Assembly (NCBI GenBank): GCA_043228905.1
Contig: JBHGNT010000009.1
Coordinates: forward strand, 16,678,001-16,742,000
DNA length: 64,000 bases
DNA from: Azolla caroliniana
Taxonomy: Eukaryota; Plantae; Polypodiophyta
Direction: 5' to 3'
Every line of letters begins with the position of its first letter. Position 1 is the stretch's first letter. Of this stretch, positions 1 to 12,574 are shown piece after piece. Both the position numbers and the translations under genes were made by a program. Under the pieces are notes generated by a model, which was given only the letters and a program-made list of their open reading frames with translations, ran no database searches and had not been told where the DNA came from.

Positions 1-3000
1 GTGGGTTCCATTTCTTCCAAGCATGTTAGTAGAGTCTTTTCAGCCCTAGTAGAAGTTAGGACACCTAGTTGTCAACTTCAAGTCCAAGCCCTCTTAGATA
101 CTGGAGCCAATTCTTGTTTCATGGATAGAGATTTTGCCCAAAAACACCAAATATCCTTGCATACACTTCCTTGTCCAGTTTCCGTAGTAGTGATTGATGG
201 ACGCCCCATAGCTTCCGGGAAGATATTTGAAGAGTCTGAGCCAATACACATACTCTTGGGTGATTTAGGATGTGTAGTTTCCTGTAACATAATCCGTAGT
301 CCTGAGCATCCAATTGTCCTTGGTTTGCCATGGTTCGAGCGACATAACCCTAGAATCGATTGGAGGAAGCATGAAATTAGGTGCCCTTTAGCAGAAAATA
401 TCATTCTCAAGGATCGAACTCGGGATTATCCTCCCAAAGTATATAGTTCTACCGATGCACCATATCCTTCTCATCAAATTTCAGCCATCACATTGCATCA
501 ATTGCACCAAGTGGGAGGCAAGGAGGACCTTTTCTTATTTGCAATATCAGTGACACCTTCTAGTGTCACTCAAGGGAATTCAGACATCCAAATTCCCAAA
601 AAATATCAAGACTATGCTGATGTTTTCGACAAAGTCAAAGCTAGTGTTCTTCCAAAGCATCGGTCGTACGACTGTCCTATTGATCTCCAACCAGGAAAGG
701 AGCCTCCGTGGGGTCCGATTTACAATTTATCAGCCACTGAGCTGGAGGTTCTTCGAGAATACATCGAGGAAAATCTTGCACATGGGTTTATTCAACATTC
801 AAAGTCTCCAGCTGCTGCTCCTATCTTTTTTGTGAAGAAAAAGGACGGCTCCCTTCGTTTGGTCGTGGACTATCGAGGCTTAAATAAAGTCACCATAAGG
901 AATAGGTATGCTTTACCTTTAATCTCCAATCTCTTAGAACGCATTGGTGGGGCAAAGCATTTTACCAAAATTGATCTAAGGGGTGCATATAATCTTGTTC
1001 GAATTCGGCTGGGAGATGAGTGGAAAACAACGTTTCGTACTCGGTATGGTCATTTCGAGTATATAGTCATGCCTTTTGGGCTCACAAATGCACCTGCCGT
1101 ATTCCAACATATGGCAAATGACATCTTCCGGGATTTCTTGGATATTTTTCTAATCATCTACCTAGATGATCTATTGATTTACTCTAAAACACAGGGGGAG
1201 CATGATATACATGTCCGGCAAGTACTTGAACCCCTAAGGAAGTATGGTCTTTACGCCAAACTTGAGAAATGTAGTTTTGATTGCAAACAAGTTGAATTTT
1301 TGGGATACACTATTTCATCCTAGGGTGTTTTCATGGACCCGGCAAAAGTTCAAACAATATTGGAATGGAAACCCCCATGCTCAGTTCGGGATGTCCAGTG
1401 TTTCCTTCGATTTGCGAACTTCTATCGCATATTCATACATAATTATTCAAGCATTGTGTTGCCCCTTACTCAACTCACGAAGAAAAATCAAGCATTTTTT
1501 TGGAGTATCGAAGCGGACAAGGCTTTTACGCAGCTGAAAGAGGCATTCACATCAGCACCCATCCTAGCACATATTGATCCTGAAAAGCCATTTACTATTG
1601 AGGCGGATGCATCAGACTTTGCATTGGGGAGTATCCTATCGCAACCAGGCGAGGATGGGCAGATACATCCAGTCGCGTTTCACTCGAGAAAGTTTACTGT
1701 TTCGGAGATAAACTATGAGGTGCATGACAAGGAGTTACTAGCTGTGGTCCACTCATTCGAGCAATGGCGTCATTTTCTAGAAGGATCACCTCATCAGATT
1801 ATCATTTATAGTGATCACAAAAATCTCACATATTTTCAAACAGCTCGAGTATTAAATAGACGACAAGCTCGGTGGGCAAATTTCTAACGCGTTTCGATTT
1901 CAAGATCATTGTTCGCCCCGGAAAACAAGGGAAAGCAGATGCTCTGTCTCGGCGTTCGTATCTAGCCCTTCGACCTGGAGATCCGGCCTTTGACAATCAA
2001 AAGCAAACTCTCCTCGGGCCATCAAAGCTACAGGTAACAACAATTTATGCCACACCACTTGATTCTACCCTTCTTGACACTATTCGGCAACACCTTCATT
2101 CGGATGATTTTGCTAAGGATGTCTTATCCCACTGTGGTTCAAGTCATCCATCTTGCTCCACATTGCCAGGGTCATCTCAACATTATCAGGAATTCAAGTG
2201 GCAAGATGGTTTACTCTTCTACAAGAATCTCCTTTACGTCCCCGACGGATCACCCCGACTTCAAGTGTTGGAACATTGTCATGATGCCCCCATGGCTTGA
2301 CATTTTGGTATTTCCAAGACCAGTGAGCTGGCGAAACGTTCATTTTGGTGGCCTCACTTGCAAAAATTTGTCGAAGATTATGTTCGCACTTGTGACACCT
2401 GCTATCGCGCCAAAATACCCCGACATCACCCTTATGGCTTACTACAACCATTACCCCCTCCCAACAAGCCATGGCAGTCTATTTCTATGGATTTCATTAC
2501 GGATCTACCACCTTCCAAAGGCTTTGATACTATTTTAACAGTAGTGGATCGGTTCACCAAGATGGCACATTTTGTACCATGTGTAAAGACCATCAATAGT
2601 GAAGAAACTGCAAATCTCATTATGCGTGAAGTGTTTCGCGATCATGGTCTCCCGAATGATATTATTAGCGATCAAAGTCCTCAATTTATCTCACACTTTT
2701 GGAAGCACCTATGGGCAGGCCTCAAAATCTCTTGCAAACTCTCTTTGGCTTATCATCCACAAACTGACGGACAAACAGAGCGCACAAATCAAACGCTCGA
2801 GCAATATCTTCGATGTTTCATTAGTTATCAACAAGATGATTGGAGTAAAATTTTACATCTTGCCGAGTTTGCATATAACAACACGGTCCACTCTTCTACC
2901 AAAGTTACACCTTTCTTTGCCTACACCGGCAACCACCCTCGATGGTGTATACTGGATCTTCCCGAGGTGTCACGAAACCCTAGTGCGGCGCATCACCTCC

Positions 3001-3573
3001 TCCGACTACAACAAATCCAGTTCGAGTTATCGTCACATCTTCAGAAAGCGCAAGCACACCATAAGACCAATGCCGATTGACATCGTCTTAAGTCTCCGTT
3101 TAAGGTTGGTGACCGTGTATGGTTGATTCGTCGTCACATCAAGACTACCCGACCGTATGCTAAGCTTGACTATCACGGCGCAGATTAATGATGCAACATT
3201 TCGACTTAACCTTCCTGCACATATGCGGCTTCACCCTGTCTTTCATAGCTCTCGTTTGGAACCTTGCAGCACCTCTTTAATTCCTAATTGTGTCGTGCGA
3301 CCACTGCCTTATGTACAACTTGTGGACGGCCCCGAATACAAGGTAGCTGCTAATCTCGATTCTAGGATTGTGCGCAATAAGCTTTATTATCTAGTTGATT
3401 GGCTTGGCTATCCTCCGAGTGATCGCACTCGGGAACCCATCGATAACGTTTGTAATGCTGAAGCTCTGGTCAAAGACTTCCATCGTCACTATCCAAACAA
3501 GCCCGGCCTAACAATGTTAACGCCGACTTCCACTCGGCATTCTCGAAGGAGGGATAGTGTCATGAACACATGA
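1..3573 (+). pseudogene. Disrupted gypsy pol polyprotein (PR-RT-RH-IN-chromodomain)
   Basis: ORFs 1-1323, 1333-1887, 1872-2300, 2358-3080 and 3157-3573 separated by stops and frameshifts. Confidence 0.9.
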
Positions 3574-3981
3574 CCATTATGTCGTCACCTGGACTTGAAC
3601 CTCGAACCTTGTAATGCATACTTGAAAACCTCAACCATTAAGATAGCTTATTGTTATATGAAACAATAAAAGCTACTTCTTGTATTACATTGATTATTGT
3701 AAAAACTCTAGATTATTCTAGAATGTTCTAGAATGTCCTAGAGCATTCTAGGTCTAGAACATTCTAGAACATTCTAGAAATCTCTAAGCTATTCTATAGG
3801 AACCTATAAATAAGGGCATACATGTATTCTCAAATCAATTCGAATCAACACCAATCTTTAGCTCTCATTACATATCTTGTATCCATTCTCTTTCTTTCTT
3901 CTCTTAGTATTTGGTTCCTTTCTTTTCGTGTTCTTTAATATCCTTCTTCTATCACTCTATCTTTTGTGTTTGGTTCTGACA
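3558..3981 (+). repeat. 3' LTR of the chromovirus (424 bp)
   Basis: Starts TGTCA right after the PPT, ends TGACA; TATAAA at 3805. Confidence 0.85.
3716..3779 (+). promoter_or_regulatory. Heat-shock element array (nTTCnnGAAnnTTCnnGAAn) in LTR U3
   Basis: TTCtaGAAtgTTCtaGAA (3716-3733) and GAAcaTTCtaGAAcaTTCtaGAA (3757-3779), about 25 bp upstream of the TATA box. Confidence 0.7.
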
Positions 3982-4000
3982 CTGGGTTTCAGTCCGGTTT

Positions 4001-4332
4001 TGTTGAGCGGCAAGCTCAACCGGAGCCGGATCGGCTGAATAAGCTGGAGCCGGTAAGCGAGACGGATCGGGCGAAACGGATCGGTATGACGGTGAGCAAC
4101 CGAACCGGCAAGCAGTGGAGGCCGAGTGCAATCCGTAACCGGCAGTCCAATCGGATGTCTAGTATAGGATAGACTACTAGGTAGCTATAGTCTCGTAGTA
4201 AGTGTCAGATGCTCGTGTGAGCATTGAAGTACATGGTACTTCTGTCAGTCCCAAGAGGACTTGTATAAATAGTGCTACTTAGCATAGTGTGTAGTGACAG
4301 AGTCTTGATATAATTTTGGAAATTATGTTCTG

Positions 4333-4367
<35 letters not shown>

Positions 4368-4406
4368 GTTCTCTGTTTTACGCTTCCGCAAACACTCACG
4401 TTTACA
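4001..4406 (+). repeat. 5' LTR with (TG)n microsatellite
   Basis: Near-identical to 9942-10361; TG...CA ends. Confidence 0.95.
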
Positions 4407-4501
4407 TGGTATCAGAGTGCGAGGGTTGAGAACCTCTGCTGCAGACATTTAACTCTTGAGAAGAAAACCCTAACAGGTCGAAAACAGACACAGTAGAAGA
4501 C

Positions 4502-7500
4502 ATGGATAGAGGAATGGCTAAGTCGCTCCCGGTGGAGAAGCTCGACAGGAGCAACTACGCATCCTAGTCTTACAAGATGCACCAATACCTGCTTGGACAC
4601 GGGTACTGGAGTTATGTCGAAGGAGCGAATGATGCGGCACCCGACTCGGCACACAAGGACTTCCCGGTATGGGAACAGGCGTCAAGCAGGGTGATGTACT
4701 GGTTCGCGTCCAGTGTCGGCGATCAGCTGCTCAGCCACATCCGTGATGCCAAGACACCGAAGGATGCTTGGGGGAACCTGAAAAAGGTTTTCGCCGCAAG
4801 CACCACTGCCCGGAAGCTACAACTCAGACAGGAGTTGAGAAATGTTCGACAGAAGAACATGTTCGTGGCAGACTACACGGGCCGGATAAAGGAGATCTGC
4901 GACTCGCTCGCCTCTATCAATGTTACCGTAGAGGAAGACGAGATGGTGCAGGTATGTCTCGGAGGCCCGGCGTCCAAGTTCGGAGCATTCCGGACTGCGG
5001 TGTGTACAAGGGAGAATACCCCCTCATTCTTCGACTTACAGTCGATGCTCCTTGTAGAGGAGAACCACGCCGGTGCATCTACCAGTGCATCCCCAGACAA
5101 CCGGATGCTGTACACGGGAACGGATCGGCACTGTGGGCGTGGTGGAAGAGGTGGGTCGGCACGCAATGGAGGCGGCTGGCAAGAGCAGGAACGGAGGCAC
5201 TATGAGTGTGCCGACAGCAGTTCCGGGACTTCCACAAGCAGGGGGAGTCAAGGCGGTGCCGGAGGCCGGCAAGACAAATCCGCTACGGAATGCTGGTACT
5301 GTGGCAAAAAAGGCCACAGGGAAAGCGAGTGTTGGAGAAAGCGTGCCGATTCGGACAAATCCGAATCCGGCAAGACCGGTAAGGATGGCCGGCAAAACTC
5401 GCACTACGCAAACGGATCAGGAGGATCCGGAACCGGAAGGCCGGTAAGGGGCCAGCCTTGGTGATGAATCACAAGGCAAACTCAATGAAGAAGACCACTT
5501 CCAAAACGGAGGAAGTGTGGTATGTTGATTCCGGCGCGTCGAACCACATGACGAGCCACAAAGAGTGGTTCTCCTTTCTGGAGAAACCGGATCAACCAGG
5601 GGTAGTCGAAACTGGAGACGACACTCCACACCCAATTGTGCACGTCGGAGAAGTCCCTCTAAGCCACGTCGGACAGGAAGGGAAGCTAATGAACGTATTA
5701 CACGTTCCGACGATCACGAAGAACCTGGTGTCCGTCGGTCAGATTGTCGACCAAGGGATGCAGGTGCGGTTTACGCACCTCGGGTGCTTCATTGAAGATG
5801 AGGGCGAAGTCATTGCGCAAGGGCGCAGAGACGGGAGGATGTTTATCCTCAACACCAATGACATTGGCACCGCTCTGTTCGCGAAACGACAGAAGGTCGA
5901 GTCGGACATCGACCTATGGCACAAGCGGATAGGCCACGTCAACTATCGGAGGCTTCAAGACCTGCAAACAAAACAAGTCGTTTTCGGTTTGCCAAAGTTC
6001 AGTGGCCGGAGAGCCGAAATTTGTGAAGCCTGCCAACTTGGGAAGCAACACCGGCTTCCATTCCCCACCGAACAGAACCAGAGCCGTAACAAGCTTGATC
6101 TCATCCATTCGGATGTGTGGGGACTGGCACAAAGTGTAAGCCTTGGCGGGAGCAGGTACTTCGTCTCCTTCATCAACGACTATACTCGACATACTTGGAT
6201 CTACCTCATTGAGCGGAAGAGCGAAGTCTTCGACTGTTTCCGGAGCCTCTAGAAGATGGTGGAACGGGAATCGGAGAGGAAGATCAAATGCCTTCGGTCG
6301 GAAAGGAATATTTTTCCAGCCAATTCACTAGTTATCTGCAACAGAAGGGAATTCGGCGAGAGTTCAGCTGCAGATACACACCGGAGCAAAACGGTGTGGC
6401 CGAAAGGAAGAACCGGACACTCGTCGAAGCGGCAAGGACAATGCTGGAGGAGAGCATGCCCTGGTTCTACTGGGCGGAGGCGGTCCAGACGGCCGTCTAC
6501 ATACAAAACCGCATTGGTGACAAGGTGTCAGCTCATAAGCTGTATTTCGGGCGCAAGCCGAACTTAAGACACCTTCGGATATTCGGCAGCCTAGCGTATG
6601 TGCATGTGCCGGATCAGAAGCGGAGGAAGCTGGATGCAAAATCGGAAAAATGCATCCTAGTCGGCTATGCTCAAGAGCAAAAGGGGTATAAGTGTTATAA
6701 CCCCCGGACGAAGGAAGCCCGAGTTAGCCGGGATGTCGAGTTCGATGAATCGGCATCTTGGTACTCCGTACCGACTCCGACTTCCGATCCCGACCGAATG
6801 CCGGAAGATCAGGCCAGTGAGCCTGAATCAGCCTTGGAAGAGGATGATGAAGCCGGGACTCAAGATGAGAGTCCGGAATCATTGCGGTTGAGTGGACCGA
6901 ACGAGCGACTGAGTCGGTTGGAACAGTCAGATGAAGAGACGACAAGTGGTGGAGACTCTGCCGTGCTCTCCCCGCGCAAGGAACCAAGGAAACGGTTCAC
7001 GCGCAAAGAGAAGGGGAAGAGGAAGATGCCGGAATTCGAAACCGGCAACGATGAGTCGGATCGGTGCGTATCCGACTCCGGAAAGGAGAAAGGAAGATCT
7101 TCGGCAACGAAGACCGAACTGTTGGGATTACGGTCCCTTCGGATGGGATGGTCGGATATCGGAGATGAATGCCGACAAGCCCGGTTTCGGTTTCGGAACC
7201 GGATGATGAAGACCCCGGTTTTGGAGCCGGATGACGAATGTACCCGGAGAGAGATCCGGATGCGGGGACATATCTGTGAATATGTTTGCCAAGGGCCCTT
7301 GAGGCTATAGTTGTAAATAGCCCCAAAGTCATATGTGTATAAATATGACTTAGGGCAAACAGTTTTAATGTTGCTTATCATTTTTCTGTTTTTCCACTCA
7401 AGAGGAGTGAAGTGAGAGCAGCCGTGAGAGAGATAGAGCGTGAGAGAGGAAGAGGTCGACGCCTCTGTGTATTTCCGCTGCCTGTGGCGAGGACAGCGAG

Positions 7501-9947
7501 CTCAAGGTCGTCGCCTTGCAGCTCGCCATTGTATACTTCTCTGTGCATAGTTTTGGTTCGGAGTCTTGTACTCCCGTGGTTTTTCCCGTACAGGGTTTTC
7601 CACGTTAAATCGTGTGTCCTCTCTATTTTTCGCATTTCCTATTTTCTGCAACAACGATTCGTGTGTTTCCTTGGTTGTGGCCGAGAGGTGAAGTTCAGAA
7701 AGTGTGGATCATTTCCATCACGAACTAGCCAAGAAGGGCCTCAAATCAGGTGACGGTGCGTTGCGCCAATCAACCCGCCAGAAGGATCCCGTCATGCGGT
7801 ACAGGTACAATGAATACATGGCGCATCATTATGCGTACATGACTAAGGTGACAGAAGTGCGTGAGCCGGAGAGCTACGCAGAAGCGGCAAAGGACGCAAA
7901 TTGGCGTGCCGCTATGGACGAAGAAATGCGGGCACTCGATGCCAACGAAACTTGGGACCTAGTTGATCCTCCCCGTCACTGTAAACCGATCAGATGCAAG
8001 TGGGTGTACAAGGTCAAGTACAACGCCGACGGTTCTGTTAACCGGTACAAAGCCCGGTTAGTGGCGAAGGGCTACGCACAGACCCATGGAATCGACTACG
8101 ACGAGACCTTCGCTCTTGTGGCGAAGATGACGACGGTTTGTGTGGTACTAGCGGTTGCTGCGGCAAGGGGGTGGCATCTTCACCAGATGGATGTGAAGAA
8201 CGCCTTCCTTCAAGGAGAGCTTGAAGAAGAAGTCTTTATGACTCAGCCCCCCGGATTTCAATCGGAGATGAACAAGTCGGCGGTATGCCGACTGAAGAAG
8301 TCGCTTTACGGCTTGAAGCAAGCCCCCCGAGCTTGGAATGCGAAGATCACGCACCGGTTGCGTAAGCTGGGGTTTGTTGTCTCTAAGTCGGACTCTTCGC
8401 TGTTCATCTGGCAAGGCTCTGACGGTCCGGTATATATACTCTTGTATGTGGATGATTTAGTCATCACCGGACCAGGTCTTCCCGAAATCAACCGCGTCAA
8501 GTCCCAGTTGTCGGACGCATTCGAAATGAAGGACCTGGGGGACCTTCATTATTTTCTTGGGATCGAAGTGATCCGGACCCCTGACGGCATATTGCTCTCA
8601 CAACGACATTACGTGTTGAATATGCTGTATAAGTTCGGCATGACGGATTACCGACCTGTCTCCACACCCCTGGACCGGAACCAGAAGCTCCGTCCCAACT
8701 CCGGACCGGCCTGCAATGAGAAACGGTTCCGACAAGTTGTCGGAAGCCTGATCTACTTAACCATCACCCGACCCGACATCAGCTATCCGGTCGGCATGGT
8801 AAGTCAGTTCATGCAGAAGCCGACCGTGGAGCACCTTCAGTGCGTGCAACGAATATTACGGTATGTCAGCGGCACTAAAGACCGGGGTCTGCTATACCGG
8901 CGAGGTATACCCGAAGAGCTTGTCCGTTACACAGATGCTGACTGGGCCGGCGATGCGTCTGATCACCGCTCCACTTCCGGATACATGTTCTCCATAGGTA
9001 GCGCGGCCGTTGCATGGAGCAGCAAGAAGCAACCCACAATGGCTTTGTCAAGCACTGAGGCTGAGTACCGGGCCGCTACCGTTGCCACTTGTGAAGCCAT
9101 CTGGCTTCTGCGACTACTGCGAGACTTGCGGATCGAGGTGCCGACCCCGATCCCGATTTACTGTGATAACATGAGCAGCCTGCAGCTCGCCAGGAACCCT
9201 GTGTTCCATGCTCGCACAAAGCACATCGAGGTGCACTACTACTTCGTGCGTGATCGGGTCCTGAGGGTTGAAGTTGACCTACGGTATGTTCATATGGATC
9301 GGCAAGTTGCCGACATCTTCACCAAACCGCTCGGATCGGACAAGTTGCAACACTTTACCGACATGCTTGGTATTCAGCATCTCGACGTGCCGCACTTGAT
9401 GGGGAGAAGCAAGGGCAAAGTCTCTACCGGTACTGACCATGAGGCGGAGTGGAATGAAGAATTCGATTTCGGTTCACCGGCTGAAGAAGCCGAGGGAAGC
9501 ATGGAGAAGGCCAAGACTCGGAAGTGGTCCGATGTGGTGAGAGGCCTGAAGCTGGAAGTCGAATCGGAGTGTACCGATTCGGACAAGAGCTGGAACGAGT
9601 CGGAGACAGCTGACCCGGATCAACAGATGGATCCGGATGAGTCGGATCGACTGAAGGCCAAGGGGACACGGGCACAGCGGAAGTCGATGCCATCGTGGGA
9701 GAACCGACGGATCGGCAAGCGCCGGAGTCACAGCAACGTGAGTGCTGAGATGGGCCTATTGAGCAGACATGCCGACCGAGAGGGTCGAGGCGCGCAGAAC
9801 CAAAGGGGTCGCGGCAAACGGGACCGGACCGGACGAGGAGCGCGAGCAAGGCGGAGTGACGCCAGGAGAAGTCGGTTGGAAGAACCGACTGCCATAGAGG
9901 TCGACACTACGACCCCACCTCAGGTTGAGCTTGAGGGGGAGTGTTGA
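4502..9947 (+). pseudogene. Copia gag-pol polyprotein, disrupted by stops, frameshifts and a solo LTR
   Basis: ORFs 4577-5464 (gag, CWYCGKKGHRESEC), 5458-6252 (PR, GAG-pre-integrase), 6288-7119 (IN), 7721-9947 (RT/RH). Confidence 0.9.
7120..7720 (+). mobile_element. Solo LTR (601 bp) related to the Tork-like copia at 56506-61796
   Basis: TGTTGGGATTACGGTCCC...CA; TSD CGAAC (7115-7119, 7721-7725); similar to the reverse complement of 56506-57091. Confidence 0.93.
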
Positions 9948-10273
9948 GCGGCAAGCTCAACCGGAGCCAGATTGGCTGAATAAGCCGGAGCCGGTAAGCG
10001 AGACGGATCGGGCGAAACGGATCGGTATGACGGTGAGCAACCGAACCGGCAAGCAGTGGAGGCCGGGTGCAATCCGTAACCGGCAGTCCAATCGGAAGCC
10101 TAGTATAGGATAGACTACTAGGTAGCTATAGTCTCGTAGTAAGTGTCAGATGCTCGTGTGAGCATTGAAGTACATGGTACTTCTGTCAGTCCCAAGAGGA
10201 CTTGTATAAATAGTGCTACTTAGCATAGTGTGTAGTGACAGAGTCTTGATATAATTTTGGAAATTACATTCTG

Positions 10274-10322
<49 letters not shown>

Positions 10323-10361
10323 GTTCTCTGTTTTACGCTTCCGCAAACACTCACGTTTACA
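9942..10361 (+). repeat. 3' LTR
   Basis: Direct repeat of 4001-4406 with a longer (TG)n tract. Confidence 0.95.
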
Positions 10362-12574
10362 GGTTTGAACGTGACAACCTTTTGTCGACTAAAGAAGTCC
10401 CTCTACGGATTAAAGCAAGCCCCACGTGCTTGGAACGTGAAGATCACGCAACGACTGCGTTGGATGGGATTTACCACATCGAGGTCAGACTCTTCACTCT
10501 TCATCCGACAAGGTCGGTATAGACTAATTAGTATCTTACTTTACGTTGTGATTTAGTCATCGCTGATGCCGACCAAGAAGAAATCGGCATTCGTCAAGTC
10601 CCAACTAGCGGCATCATTCAACATGACAGACTTGGGGGACCTTCATTACTTCCTTGGGTTTGAAGTGATCCATACCCCCGAAGGCATACTGATCAGCCAA
10701 CAGAACTATGTGTTGAGTATGCTCTTCAAGTTCGGAATGACAGAATGCAAATCCGTGTCAACTCCTCTAGATAGGAATGTGAAGCTTAGCCCTAAGTCCG
10801 GAACGACATGCGACCCGAAAAGGTTCCGACAGATCGTCAGAAGCCTTATATACTTGACCATCACCCGGTCAGACCTTAGCTATCCGATCGGCTTTATTAG
10901 TCAATTCATGGTGCATCCAACCGTGGAGCACCTTTAAAGGGCACAATGAATACTCAGGCATGTAAGCAACACTAAGGACAAGGGATTGTTGTATTGCACC
11001 GGTATTGCCGAACTGTTGGTCGACTACATGAATGTCGATTGGGACGGAAACGTCGATGATCGAAGGTCTACATCAGGCTTCACATTTTCACTTGGAAGCG
11101 TCGTAATCGCTTGGAGCAGCAAGAAGCAACCGACAGTTGCACTATCGAGCACCGAGGCTGAGTATCGAGGAGCGGCTATCGCGACGTAAGAAGCCATATG
11201 GCTCAAAAGGCTATTGAAGGACCTGCAGGTGGAGGTGTCCGATCTGACGACGATATACTACAACAACCTTAACAACATCCAACTTGCAAAGAACCAAGCC
11301 TTCCATTCCCGGACCAAGCATATTGAGGTGCACTATCATTTTGTCTGTGAGCGAGTTCTTTCCAGTGAAGTTGAACTTGTGTATGTTCTGACAGATCAAC
11401 AGACTGCCGATATCTTCACCAAGCTTGTTGGCCTTGACAAGTTGCGCTATTTTTCGAGTATGCTTGGCTTACAACATCTCGACCAACCAAACTTGAGGGG
11501 GAGGAGTGATGTCTGAAAAACCGAATTGATTGAAGAAGCAAGAACGACCAGATCCGCTGAAGAAGCCGAGGACATGTTGGACACATGGATAGGTGGAAGA
11601 AGATCGGCTAGGCAAAAGCTAGCCACATGCTAGGGGAGTTGCCGCAAGAGAGAGCCGAAGCTAGAACAAATCGAACCAAGGGGAGGAAGAGCCGAGAGAG
11701 GCGGCAAGGTTGAGAATGACAGAACTGACCAAGGGAAGGTCAAGGCCAAGACATGGATAGATGTGGTCAAGGGTCTGAAGAAGGATGAATCAGAGACAGC
11801 CAATTCGGACAAGTGCCGGAATGAATAAGAGACAATCGATTCATTGAAGGAGTTCGATTCGGAAGAACCAAATCACATGAAGGCTAGGTGGATGAGAAGG
11901 CAGCCGAAGCCGACACCGAAACGCTAAGAATCGGATCGGATTGGACCGATCGGTTAGGCTCGGATCGGCTGAAGAAGTTGAGAGCTGGATTAGACGGAGA
12001 CCGATCGGAGAGGCCGGATCGGCGGGAGTTGGAAGGCCGTTGGAAAGATATTCCACAAAGAAATATATCTAGGAGTTAGTGTAGGAACTCCTTTATGAGG
12101 ATTCAAGTACTGATGGTACTTGTGACTTGTATAAAAGTTCTCTTTGAGCACATTCTATGTACAGAACAGAGTATTATTTTGAAACTAAATTTTGTTCCCT
12201 CTCTCTCTCTCTCTCACGTATTGTTCTCAAGCTTTCCACTAAACTTGTGTCTCTATTTTCTATTGCTATCCGGCTAGGCCAGTTTTGGTCTGTGTGTAGC
12301 TTCCGCACGGTAATTTCTACACAAATAAATCACATGGTGTAGGTTCGAGATAATGAATGATTGAAGGAAAGTTGAAACCCACATAAATTCCGAGACGACT
12401 TTGAGGACCAAGATTCTTACGGTAATGTGGAGAAATAGGAACATAAACTGCACAACCAAATACTCATAAATGAGAAAATAGAGGGTGGAAAACCTGTCAT
12501 GAGTTGATGGGGAGTATAAACATGTTATGATAATGGCCGTAATCGGAGAAGTTGTGCTACATGAAGTACCACAT

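Larger units (their letters stand above)
1..3981 (+). mobile_element. Ty3/gypsy chromovirus (Tcn1-like), 5' part outside window; pol plus 3' LTR
   Basis: Domain order PR (ALLDTGA), RT (YLDD), RNaseH (EADASD), IN (SISMDF, HPQTDGQTER), chromodomain (LYYLVDWLGYP); PPT GAAGGAGGGATAG followed by LTR TGTCA...TGACA. Confidence 0.92.
4001..10361 (+). mobile_element. Full-length Ty1/copia retrotransposon
   Basis: LTRs 4001-4406 and 9942-10361; TSD GGTTT (3996-4000, 10362-10366); PBS TGGTATCAGAG at 4407; PPT 9933-9941; gag CCHC, PR (VDSGAS), IN, RT (YVDD), RH. Confidence 0.96.
3982..12334 (+). mobile_element. Older degenerate Ty1/copia element (RT-RNaseH, 3' region, 3' LTR ending ~12334), interrupted by the 4001-10361 insertion
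   Basis: 3982-4000 joined to 10367 onward restores [28 protein letters not shown]; decayed RT/RH ORFs 10566-11516; LTR-like tail ending AATCACA (LTR start not resolved). Confidence 0.75.

Noticed and set aside
3580-3650. Functional tRNA gene
   Set aside because: The acceptor and T stems do not pair; only box-like motifs are present
6860-7753. ORFs overlapping 7120-7720
   Set aside because: They read through a solo LTR and are not genes
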